Positions 27,188 to 35,853 of a stretch of 64,000 nt of DNA are shown here, one piece after another. The stretch lies in contig OZ241986.1 in NCBI GenBank assembly GCA_965204375.1, positions 640,001-704,000 on the forward strand, read 5' to 3'. Numbering within the stretch: the first letter of the stretch is position 1; the number at the start of each line of letters is the position of its first letter. Source of the stretch: Candidatus Latescibacterota bacterium (lineage in GTDB: Bacteria > Latescibacterota > UBA2968). Position numbers and translations under genes: made by a program. The notes below the pieces were generated by a model. The model was not told the origin of the DNA, did not search any database, and saw nothing but the letters and a program-made list of their open reading frames with translations.

Positions 27188-27637
27188 TTAGCCGAAGATG
27201 GCCTTTGATGCAGCTGCGGCAGCCTCGTTTTTATCTGTGTAATCCACACCATTGATGCGATAGATTTTTTGCTCATCTTCAGCTTTGCGAGCTGGTGCAG
27301 GAACTGGCGTATCTTCGGGGGTCTCTCCATTGGCCGAATCTCCACCATTGGGCGGGTAGTCCTTCGAGTACCGCGGGGGCGGATATTCACCACCATTGTC
27401 TTTATTCGCGTGGTATTCGGCCCTGCGCTCGGCACTGGCTTTTTTCGCATCATCTCGCTTTTTGATGCGAGCCAGTGCGTTGTCGATCATTTCGCTCGCC
27501 TTCTCTTTGGTTGCGCGTGGACTGTTCAGCCAAATAGCAATGCGGTGGGCTTCTTCCGCGGTGAATACCGAAGAAAGCAACAACTGATTGAGCCGATGCC
27601 GTTGTCGCGGGGTTGGCTTTTCTGTTGCGGTGTCCAT
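27188..27637 (-). CDS. Hypothetical protein, first gene of the minus-strand operon
   Basis: AAGGAG RBS; 149 aa; disordered middle. Confidence 0.6.
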   Translation of the reverse strand: MDTATEKPTPRQRHRLNQLLLSSVFTAEEAHRIAIWLNSPRATKEKASEMIDNALARIKKRDDAKKASAERRAEYHANKDNGGEYPPPRYSKDYPPNGGDSANGETPEDTPVPAPARKAEDEQKIYRINGVDYTDKNEAAAAASKAIFG

Positions 27638-27887
27638 TACGATCTCCTTTCATGTGTGAACACCTGTCAAGGTGTGCAGGACGATTTGCCCTAGTGAGTG
27701 TTAGTGGCACTCACTGGGGCTTTCATAGTTTTTATGCCAGAAAATTGGGATAAACGCACCAGGAGAAAAAGGCCGCCGATCTCTCCGATCAGTGGCCTTT
27801 TTTGTTTGTCTCGCTGGTCAAGGTGGCGTACATATCCCTTGACATTTCTTTATACAATTGTACAATTAGTGTTTTGGGGAGACTATT

Positions 27888-28286
27888 ATGGACATTGTAA
27901 TTGATACGTCAGCGATTATTGCGGTGATTGTAGGTGAACCTGAAAAAGACGCGATTATCGCAGCTACATCGGGTCACACACTTATCGGTCCCCGCTCCAT
28001 TCCCTGGGAAATTGGAAATGCTTTCTCGTTGATGTTCAAGAAAGGCAGCCTCGATGTTGAGGATGCACAGCGGGGTCTGAAGATTTTCGATAGTATCCCA
28101 TTGCAATACGTGAACGTTGACATGGCAAATGTTCTGTCTATCGCGGCCCAGGTGAACGCATACGCATACGACGCGTACTTATTGGACTGCGCTTTGCGGC
28201 ATACAGCGCCCTTATTAACGCTGGATCGAACACTTAGACGGGCCGCAGACGAACTCAATATCAACCTCGTTAATTTGGAGGAGTAA
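27888..28286 (+). CDS. vapC: VapC-like PIN toxin
   Basis: IVIDTSA, E in WEIGNA, AYDA, LLTLD; promoter TTGACA..TACAAT overlapping the palindrome TACAATTGTA. Confidence 0.9.
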   Translation: MDIVIDTSAIIAVIVGEPEKDAIIAATSGHTLIGPRSIPWEIGNAFSLMFKKGSLDVEDAQRGLKIFDSIPLQYVNVDMANVLSIAAQVNAYAYDAYLLDCALRHTAPLLTLDRTLRRAADELNINLVNLEE

Positions 28287-28287
28287 G

Positions 28288-28533
28288 ATGGACGTATATA
28301 CGTATTCAGAAGCCAGACAAAACCTCTCCAACGTGCTGAAAAAAGCCGAGTCGGATGGTAAGGTTCTTATACGCAGAAAAGACGGCAAGACTTATGCCTT
28401 GGTGCCGGAGCGTCCCACCGCGTCACCGCTGGATGTTCCTTCAATCAAGGCAGACATCTCTACACAGGAAATCGTCACACTTGTCAGGCAAGAGAGGGGT
28501 AGAATAAGGGGGTGGCGTCAACGCGCCCAATAA
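28288..28533 (+). CDS. Phd/YefM-family antitoxin
   Basis: YTYSEARQNLSNVL..AE..G.V.I.R.DG. Confidence 0.85.
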   Translation: MDVYTYSEARQNLSNVLKKAESDGKVLIRRKDGKTYALVPERPTASPLDVPSIKADISTQEIVTLVRQERGRIRGWRQRAQ

Positions 28534-28826
28534 AGCACGTCTCAACCCAGAAGTCTCCCTTTATCTACTTGCCCTGTATGGTAGCGATAACCCCGTGTGC
28601 CAATTCCTCTTTCTCGGTATATCTGGCCGGCCTGCGGTGTCTTTCCATCGACCAGCCGTCTGGAGTTGCGGCATTGTCGCTTTGTTCTCTACGAGGCTTT
28701 GCGAGGATCAAAGTGGATCACCCGAACCTATCAACGTACAAAATAGCAGATATATTTGGATATTCACAAATGACTGTGGTGCGTGCATTGCGCGACAGTT
28801 GACACTTAACCAGAAGGGAGCAACAC

Positions 28827-29018
28827 ATGTGGGCCTATAACATGACCAAAGACCAGATAATCAACCTTGATCATGTGGTGTCGCTTGAAAGGCATGGGTC
28901 GTATATTGACTATCACGGGGTTGACGGGAAAATGGTGAGATTCCTCTATCCAAATGACCAGATTGCGAAAGATGTCTATGGGACTATTGTGGACAGGATC
29001 GGCGAGAATATGGTTTGA
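28827..29018 (+). CDS. Small hypothetical protein
   Basis: GGGAG RBS; MW start, IINLDHV. Confidence 0.55.
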   Translation: MWAYNMTKDQIINLDHVVSLERHGSYIDYHGVDGKMVRFLYPNDQIAKDVYGTIVDRIGENMV

Positions 29019-29035
29019 TTTGAAAGGAGCAACAC

Positions 29036-29266
29036 ATGTGGTTTGAATACACAGCAAGAACGTCGGCAGGAGAGGCGCACGTCCTGAAGCATATCGAGAC
29101 CGGCGCACGATGGGAACACTGCAAGGGCAGTGCATGTATCTATTTCTATACAGCAGCAGGAGGGGAGAGTACAATCTCTTTTGATGGCGAGAACGCAGCG
29201 GAACAGGCAGAGCGCCGTTGGTTAGACCTTGTGGGCGGTCTAAGCCGAAAGGATTTGATTATCTAA
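29036..29266 (+). CDS. Small hypothetical protein
   Basis: AAGGAG RBS; same GGAGCAACACATG leader as 28827. Confidence 0.55.
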   Translation: MWFEYTARTSAGEAHVLKHIETGARWEHCKGSACIYFYTAAGGESTISFDGENAAEQAERRWLDLVGGLSRKDLII

Positions 29267-29415
29267 ACCAGTTTGTAATGTTGGAAAATTCGACCTGGCG
29301 CAATTTAAGCCCTTTTAACGCGCGATCTGCTTGACTGCCTGATAACGCGGGCAAGTGGTCGCTCACACAACGGGCATGACCAGGCAAAGCACACAGCCCA
29401 AAATGAGGGGGAGTT

Positions 29416-29736
29416 ATGCAGGACAAAGATATTATTGGTTTAGCGATCAGAGAAACGCCGCTCGTGTTGGAACTTCAGGCACTTGAAAAAGTAGGTCACA
29501 TTAAAGGTCATGAAGGTGAAGACGTATTTTACGACTGGAGGGATAGGGTACCGCCGTATGCCTATAAGTGGTATTCGCCAGAATCGGAGGAGTGGCGGTT
29601 TGCCTATGAATGGCGCAGACAGTTTATTGAAGAGGACTATATCTATTTCTCCCTGATCACGCGCGCAGAGATCCGCACCGCTGAAGAGTATGAGGCAACA
29701 AGGGAAAAGTTGAGTGGCGCAATGTATTTACTCTGA
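29416..29736 (+). CDS. Hypothetical protein
   Basis: GGGGAG RBS, 106 aa. Confidence 0.5.
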   Translation: MQDKDIIGLAIRETPLVLELQALEKVGHIKGHEGEDVFYDWRDRVPPYAYKWYSPESEEWRFAYEWRRQFIEEDYIYFSLITRAEIRTAEEYEATREKLSGAMYLL

Positions 29737-29917
29737 CCCTATCGGTTTATACGGCTGAAAATGCGACCAGACGCATATGCGCCTGATTAAGATAACACAG
29801 TGCTACTACGAGCAGAATGTAAAATCGGGGGAGTCTTTTAGGAAGTATCAGACTCCCCGATTTTGTTTGTTTTTATGGTCACTACCCTACATAATTCCCT
29901 TACAAAAGGAGCTTTCT

Positions 29918-30757
29918 GTGCGTCTGTTATTGGTAATCACTTACATATTATTGGTCATAGGTTTTCTGTGTGCTTTTTATTTCTTTAGGCAAATTCTCGA
30001 AACCTCGGATAAAATTGCTATCATTGTACCACCTGCTATTGCTGCAATATACGCACATTTGCAGTGTCTCTATTACAGAAACGAAGAAAGGCGCCAAAAA
30101 AAGGAAGAGGCACTTGATAATTTTGAGAAAAGATTTAAGGATCTTATTGAGTCGAAGAACAGCGTGGGGGTTGAGAGCGAAACGGACAACGTACCATGGT
30201 TTCGTTTTCCCGGCGTTAGCATTGGTGAATTTATGATAAACCCGTTCACAATTTCCAGGAAAAATGTACATAAATTGAAAAGTGGTGTGATAGCCTTTCA
30301 GGATGAATCACTATCTATCTCCCTAAACACGCTTAACAATGCTCCTCCAGAAGTCCGCTATGACTGGATAGACGCACAGGGCAAACCAAATCTGGACGAT
30401 TCGTACAGTGATAGGTTTCAGGTTTGGGATACATACTTCGGGTACTATTTTTCAGGCTTGTGCGCCTTGATTCGGTCTGTTGAGAAAGAAATAGAATTCA
30501 ATGAAAGTGACAGAATGTTTTGCATAACAAGAATAAGGCACTCCCTGTCCGGGGGTGAAGTTTTTTGCTTATTCTATTACTGCATGAACGATAATCTGTT
30601 GTGTAAAGAATTGAAGGGGCATGTGGAAAAGTACGGACTCTTTGAGAACCTCTCATTTTTCTGTCTCGAAGACGAAAAAATGCATAGAGGCAGATTCTAC
30701 GATCCGCGTGCATTTGGTGACAGAGAAACGGTCATTCGCGGTCACTACTCTACATAA
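29918..30757 (+). CDS. Second putAbiC-like abortive-infection protein
   Basis: Two TM segments, YFGYYF..L..LI..V, IR..LS..E...LFYYC, VEKYGLFENL; ends FY...AFGDR like 2878-3708. Confidence 0.65.
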   Translation: MRLLLVITYILLVIGFLCAFYFFRQILETSDKIAIIVPPAIAAIYAHLQCLYYRNEERRQKKEEALDNFEKRFKDLIESKNSVGVESETDNVPWFRFPGVSIGEFMINPFTISRKNVHKLKSGVIAFQDESLSISLNTLNNAPPEVRYDWIDAQGKPNLDDSYSDRFQVWDTYFGYYFSGLCALIRSVEKEIEFNESDRMFCITRIRHSLSGGEVFCLFYYCMNDNLLCKELKGHVEKYGLFENLSFFCLEDEKMHRGRFYDPRAFGDRETVIRGHYST

Positions 30758-30917
30758 CTCCCATCCCCGAAGTATTAAAGAGACAACAGTGTTTAGATCG
30801 GATAGCTTGGTGTGTGCTTGGTGTGTGCTTGCTGCGGTAGTTGTGTTATCAATTGTAGTGTTCTTTAGTCACTATTCTGCGTAATCAATCCCCGTTTTTA
30901 GAAGGAGGCACAGAACT

Positions 30918-31334
30918 ATGAACAGATCAGTAAATGTTGGCATCCGTCCAACCCCATTATCAGAAATAGGTTATGTAGATAGATATACACAACCAAAACC
31001 GCGAGGGATCCAGTTCCCGGATGGGACAGTGCGGCGATTTTCGGCTAAATGGTTCAATGTGTTGCGAATGACTGCCCAGTGGCTTGCAGATACAGGGAGA
31101 TTAACGGCGAGTAACGCACGAGTGCGTCATAAGAACATTAGGCATTTATGTGTTACAGATGGCGAAAACCCAACACATCCTACTGCCAGAAACAGGCCAT
31201 TCAAACGACCCGAAAGAGTTGCCACTGGTGTCTATCTTGAAAATAACTGGAAGGCGGACGATGTAATATCTGGCGCAATAGGACTTCTTGAGCGTTTTGA
31301 TATAGATCCCGATAGCGTTATAATAGGATTTTGA
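30918..31334 (+). CDS. Hypothetical protein (possibly a restriction-associated DNA-binding domain)
   Basis: AAGGAGG RBS; W..VL..TA.WL...GVYLE.N pattern. Confidence 0.5.
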   Translation: MNRSVNVGIRPTPLSEIGYVDRYTQPKPRGIQFPDGTVRRFSAKWFNVLRMTAQWLADTGRLTASNARVRHKNIRHLCVTDGENPTHPTARNRPFKRPERVATGVYLENNWKADDVISGAIGLLERFDIDPDSVIIGF

Positions 31335-31347
31335 AAAAAGGAATAAA

Positions 31348-31725
31348 ATGACGAAACAAGAACTGGACGAATTGATAGAATTTATTGAAGTGAAACATGA
31401 CATTCCCCCGACAAATGGCAAGTGCAAATCTCGAAAGGTTAAAAAGGATAGAAATATGTATAATACATTCACGCTGATCGCCTTCGATGAAGGTGGAGTA
31501 AAAGGTTCGCCGTCAAACCTCAGACTGGTGTGCAACACTGAAAAAGGCGACAAAATTGCGATTTGGGGAGATAGGAAAAACCGCCAGAACATCGACACTG
31601 TTCTGGATGCAGGGCTACCTTGTAAGGTGTCCTGTAAGTATCGGGAACCCAAGTTAGACCACGCCAAACAGTACGGTCACACACATTGGGTCAAGCAGGA
31701 TTTCCCGCTAAGGGTGTTGGCGTAG
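31348..31725 (+). CDS. Hypothetical protein
   Basis: 125-aa ORF with AAGGA RBS. Confidence 0.5.
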   Translation: MTKQELDELIEFIEVKHDIPPTNGKCKSRKVKKDRNMYNTFTLIAFDEGGVKGSPSNLRLVCNTEKGDKIAIWGDRKNRQNIDTVLDAGLPCKVSCKYREPKLDHAKQYGHTHWVKQDFPLRVLA

Positions 31726-32706
31726 CATAGCGTAATCTTTGTAAAAAAAGAGAGAAGTTGAAGGCTGATGGATTACTTTAGAAAAGAAAGGTGGTGATGC
31801 GTAATGCTCCCTGATGATATCAACCGGACAATTTCTGGTATAATAGCAGACTTAAAAGACAGAGGGGACATGTAGCGTAGGGCAAGCTCATTATTTAGAG
31901 GAAAATTCAGACTTTTCAGACACTACCTAGGAGAGCCTAAAATGACAGATTTTGCAAATCTGATGTCGGATGTGGCAAAGGCGTTGTTGGGCGAGCCGAC
32001 AAAGGAAAAACAAAAGGCCGTAAGTGCTGTACAGCGACAGCAAAAACTTACGGCCTTAAACAATTTACCAACTGGTGCATTCACTGAACTTTTCAGCGTG
32101 GACTTTACCCGTTTTGGTGTATAACATGTTGGAGATGGGAAAGGGACAAGTGAGCGTTGTGGTGGGTATTGCCATCGTCGATATTGCCGAATAACCTGCT
32201 TTAGAGCACTATGATAATACAAAGGGTTGTCCAGTACAATTGGACAACCCTTGTTTTTGTACACATAAATACAAAACGAGTATCAACGGATCTGGATTAC
32301 AGAAAATTACCTTTTTGCTCAAAAAATACCCTACGAAAACAGGCGGTTGAGGAAATCATTATCTTTTTTTAGGCAGGCGTGATGGATGCCCTAAAACATC
32401 GCACAGCCGCTCACATCACGGCTACTATTATAAGGTCCAAAAACTGAGAATATTCTATTATTATAGCGTTTGCGTGGTCTGACCATATACTCAGGAACCG
32501 CAATTCAACGACCAAAAGGACCTTGTGGATACCCCCGCCCAAGCCCACTAAGAGAGCTATCCTGAGTGATGCAGGAATAAAAAAACTAAAAGGAGTTAGA
32601 ATTACATTCGCGTAACATCTATTTTTATACCAACGGAAAGGAGAGTGCCCTGCCAACTCACACTCAATACCATACAGACCGGCTGCGGTCAGGAGGAGAT
32701 CACCAA

Positions 32707-32871
32707 ATGAAAAAACAAACAATCAAAGAAATTGTACGACTCTTGAAAGAACTTGACCCCTCTTTTTGGGGTTCGATTACACTGCGTATTCAACGAGGAG
32801 AGGTGGTCAATGTGAAAAAAGAACAGAGCATTAAAATAGATGCCCTGGCGCAAGATGTGCAATACAAATAA
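32707..32871 (+). CDS. YezD/DUF2292-like small protein (not in the ORF track)
   Basis: AGGAGGAG RBS; WGSITLRIQRGEVVNVKKEQSIK. Confidence 0.6.
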   Translation: MKKQTIKEIVRLLKELDPSFWGSITLRIQRGEVVNVKKEQSIKIDALAQDVQYK

Positions 32872-32953
32872 GACTCGAAAAATAATATCATTAAAATTCT
32901 AAAAACAATATCAAGGAGTAGGAAAAACCACACTTGATAAGAAAGGTGTGGTT

Positions 32954-33124
32954 ATGGGAAAACGACAAAAAAACGACTGGGACAATATCCCCGTCACAGT
33001 CATAGACGAAGGTTCTCCAAATCCACAAAATCCCTATGCTCAATTATCTCCTGAAGAACGGACAACTCACTTGAAAGAACTCTGCCAAACTATTTATCTC
33101 AGAAGGTTGGAAAACCAACTATGA
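32954..33124 (+). CDS. 56-aa hypothetical protein upstream of the recombinase (not in the ORF track)
   Basis: AAAGGTG RBS; MGKRQKNDW...NPYAQLSPEERTTHLKELC... Confidence 0.45.
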   Translation: MGKRQKNDWDNIPVTVIDEGSPNPQNPYAQLSPEERTTHLKELCQTIYLRRLENQL

Positions 33125-33282
33125 ACAATATTTTTGGAAGTGGAGATAGCAATTAAATGTTGCATAAAGTATTGTTTTTAAGTATATTTATGGTGATAAA
33201 ATAGGGAATATACTCGTAACCAATTTTATGGCTACTGTCGTATATAATTCCCATCAAACAATGCGGGGTAAAGGAGGTAGAT

Positions 33283-34923
33283 GTGATTAAATGCGTTCTG
33301 TATGTACGAGTTTCCACCGACCTGCAAGCCGAGATTAAGAACAGTAGTCTCGATACCCAAATTGATCTGCTTCAGAAGTACATCGAAATTAAGGATTCCA
33401 CGTCGCCAAAGGAAGAATGGAAAGTGGTGGCGACCTATCGTGAAGAAGGAAAATCAGGCAAGAATTTAGAGCGTCCTGAATTCAAACGGATGGTTCGAGA
33501 CATTGAGCAGGGTAAAATCAATGCGGTATTATGCACAAAAATTGATCGTGTCAGCAGGTCTATCGTCGACTTTTATCAATTCCAAGAATTTCTAAAAGAG
33601 CATAAAGTAACATTCATATCTCTCCAGGATAATTGGGACACGTCAACTGCTATGGGGCGGTTTGCCCTCTCAATTTCTTTGGTAATGGCCCAGCTAGAAA
33701 GGGAACGCACCAGTGAACGTACAAAAGAAAAAATGCAGTGGCGTGCAGAGAAGGGTCTGTGTAATGGCGGACAGATTCTTGGGTATGATAATGATCCAGA
33801 CAACAAAGGTGTTCCAAAGCCCAATGAGGCAGAACGAGAACAGGTACTCTTAATTTTTCAGACGTATGTTAAAGAGCAGAGTTTTCGGGCTACGGCACGA
33901 ATCATAAATGAAAAAGGCTATCGTACGAAATCATACATATCGAGGAGAGGTAATATCCACGTTGGCAGAAAATTCAATAAAACACAGATCATGCGTATGT
34001 TGCAAAATGAATTTTATATTGGAAAAATTACTCACAAAGGGAAGACGTATGACGGCCAGCATGAACCCATTATTCCAATGGAATTATGGAATCGGGTGCA
34101 AGCTATCATAAAAACCAACCGAGTCACTGGTTCCAGAAGCAGAAAACAAAACCTGCATACCTTCTTGCTACAAGGTCTGGTAAAATGCGGATTATGTGAA
34201 TCTCACATGACGCCCACTTATGCTCAGAACCGCCAAAAAAAGCACTATTTCTATTATCATTGCACCTGTAAAATCCATCGTGGAAACGATGAATGCAAAA
34301 TGAAACCTGTGCCTGCACAAGCACTTGAACAGGTGGTCTCAGATCGGTTAATTCAACTCAGTGACGACCAGAAACGTGTCCAGGAGCTTATCGCAGAAGC
34401 TACGACAAGCAACTCAGAGCGTATAAAAACTTTGGGGCAGACACAGGAAAATTATCGCAGGAATCTCAAAGATATTGAAAAGAGGCTGGATGCTTTGGCG
34501 GAAAGCATTGCTGGACGCAAGATCGGCATAAAAACCATCAGTCAAAAAATCATCGGCCTGGAAGAACAAAAAAGCCAAATAGAGCAGGAGATGATGGAGA
34601 ATGAAACAACGCTTGCAGAGGCAAAACAAAAGGCCGTAAGTGTTGCTCAGTGGGAGCAAAAACTCACGACCTTTGAGGAATTATATAATGAAGCCACACC
34701 AGAGGAAAAAAAAGACCTCTTAAGGCTGCATATCAACCACCTGATCTATACCCCTGATGGGATTCAACTCGCCTTATTTGATCCCAGTGCCGAAGTGGAT
34801 AGGCCCAAAGTTCAGCGAGTCGTTGCATCTGGCTCCGGCGGTAGGACTCGAACCTACGACCCAGTGGTTAACAGCCACTTGCTCTGCCAGCTGAGCTACG
34901 CCGGAACGTCATATTTCCAATAG
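33283..34923 (+). CDS. Large serine recombinase (integrase)
   Basis: YVRVST catalytic Ser, SG....RP.F, DRVSR, recombinase domain (YIG), zinc ribbon (C..C...YY.C...C), coiled coil; AAGGAGG RBS. Confidence 0.95.
   Translation: MIKCVLYVRVSTDLQAEIKNSSLDTQIDLLQKYIEIKDSTSPKEEWKVVATYREEGKSGKNLERPEFKRMVRDIEQGKINAVLCTKIDRVSRSIVDFYQFQEFLKEHKVTFISLQDNWDTSTAMGRFALSISLVMAQLERERTSERTKEKMQWRAEKGLCNGGQILGYDNDPDNKGVPKPNEAEREQVLLIFQTYVKEQSFRATARIINEKGYRTKSYISRRGNIHVGRKFNKTQIMRMLQNEFYIGKITHKGKTYDGQHEPIIPMELWNRVQAIIKTNRVTGSRSRKQNLHTFLLQGLVKCGLCESHMTPTYAQNRQKKHYFYYHCTCKIHRGNDECKMKPVPAQALEQVVSDRLIQLSDDQKRVQELIAEATTSNSERIKTLGQTQENYRRNLKDIEKRLDALAESIAGRKIGIKTISQKIIGLEEQKSQIEQEMMENETTLAEAKQKAVSVAQWEQKLTTFEELYNEATPEEKKDLLRLHINHLIYTPDGIQLALFDPSAEVDRPKVQRVVASGSGGRTRTYDPVVNSHLLCQLSYAGTSYFQ
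34830..34905 (-). tRNA. tRNA-Asn(GTT), island insertion site
   Basis: TCCGGCGTAGCTCAG...GCTGTTAAC...GGTTCGAGTCC...GGAGCCA cloverleaf. Confidence 0.95.
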
Positions 34924-35103
34924 CGATGAAATCTACTGGAAGTGAATATCAGTGTCAAGCGCAAATTTTAATTCTTTGATTTATCAGCGTCTGGCTATCA
35001 GGGCATTCCGCTTGACATCATTCTGGTGAACATCTATGTTTCCAGAGGTTAGCCTAACCACCCAACCTACCAGTCCATAGCCCCAGTCCCCAGCCCCTTG
35101 CCT

Positions 35104-35829
35104 ATGCCAGATGAAAAGTTGATACAGCGGATTGTTGCCGAAGTTGTGCGGCGGTTGAAGGCGTTGGAGGGGGGCGTGGTATCTGCACCGATTGATCCGC
35201 CGGTGAGTTTGGTGACGGAAGATCTGGTTAAATCTGCGATCAATCGCGGCGGCGATGCAGTTTATGTGACGCCCAATGCGATTGTGACGCCGTTGGCGCG
35301 GGATTTGATACGGCAGCAGAAGGTGCGTCTGCTGGTCGTGGCTGATGATGAGGCGGTGGTTCAAGAGCCGCAGAAATCGAGTGTCATAGCTATTGGTGCA
35401 GACCACAAGGGATTTGAACTGAAGAAACAGATTGTGCTTATGTTGCAAGATGCCGGGCGAGAGGTGATGGATTGTGGTGTGCATAGTCCGCAAGAGGTAT
35501 CTTATGTCGGTGTGGCAAAAGCGGTGGCTGACGTTGTTCTGGAAAAGAATTTGATGACGGGTGTTGTGGTTGATGGAGGGGGGACGGGAACTGCACTCGT
35601 TGCGAATAAGGTAAAGGGGATTCGCGCGGTATCGTGTCACGATGTGACATCGGCCAAGTTTGCCCGCGCCCATGTAGATGCCAATATTTTGTGTCTCGGT
35701 GTCGGTGTGGTGGGAGATACCGTGGCAAAGGAGATTGTTGCGACGTGGTTGAGTACCCCGTTTGAGGGCAGTCAATATGCCGCGCGTGTTCGGGAAATTG
35801 GTGAGGTGGAGGATGAGAATCGGGATTGA
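35104..35829 (+). CDS. rpiB: RpiB/LacA/B sugar-phosphate isomerase with an N-terminal extension
   Basis: IAIGADHKGFELK, ANKVKGIRA, H.DANILCLG; about 85 aa extra at the N-terminus. Confidence 0.85.
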   Translation: MPDEKLIQRIVAEVVRRLKALEGGVVSAPIDPPVSLVTEDLVKSAINRGGDAVYVTPNAIVTPLARDLIRQQKVRLLVVADDEAVVQEPQKSSVIAIGADHKGFELKKQIVLMLQDAGREVMDCGVHSPQEVSYVGVAKAVADVVLEKNLMTGVVVDGGGTGTALVANKVKGIRAVSCHDVTSAKFARAHVDANILCLGVGVVGDTVAKEIVATWLSTPFEGSQYAARVREIGEVEDENRD

Positions 35830-35853
35830 GCTGAATGTTCTTTTAACCAGGGG

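Larger units (their letters stand above)
1..34829. mobile_element. Genomic island integrated at tRNA-Asn (left end outside the window or not visible)
   Basis: Serine integrase abutting the tRNA 3' end; defence and mobile cargo; repeats seen only in this half; housekeeping genes resume after the tRNA. Confidence 0.8.

Noticed and set aside
1-34829. Prophage or conjugative element assignment, and a duplicated tRNA-Asn att at the left end
   Set aside because: No capsid, terminase, relaxase or T4SS genes and no second tRNA-Asn fragment were seen; the element class cannot be fixed from this window
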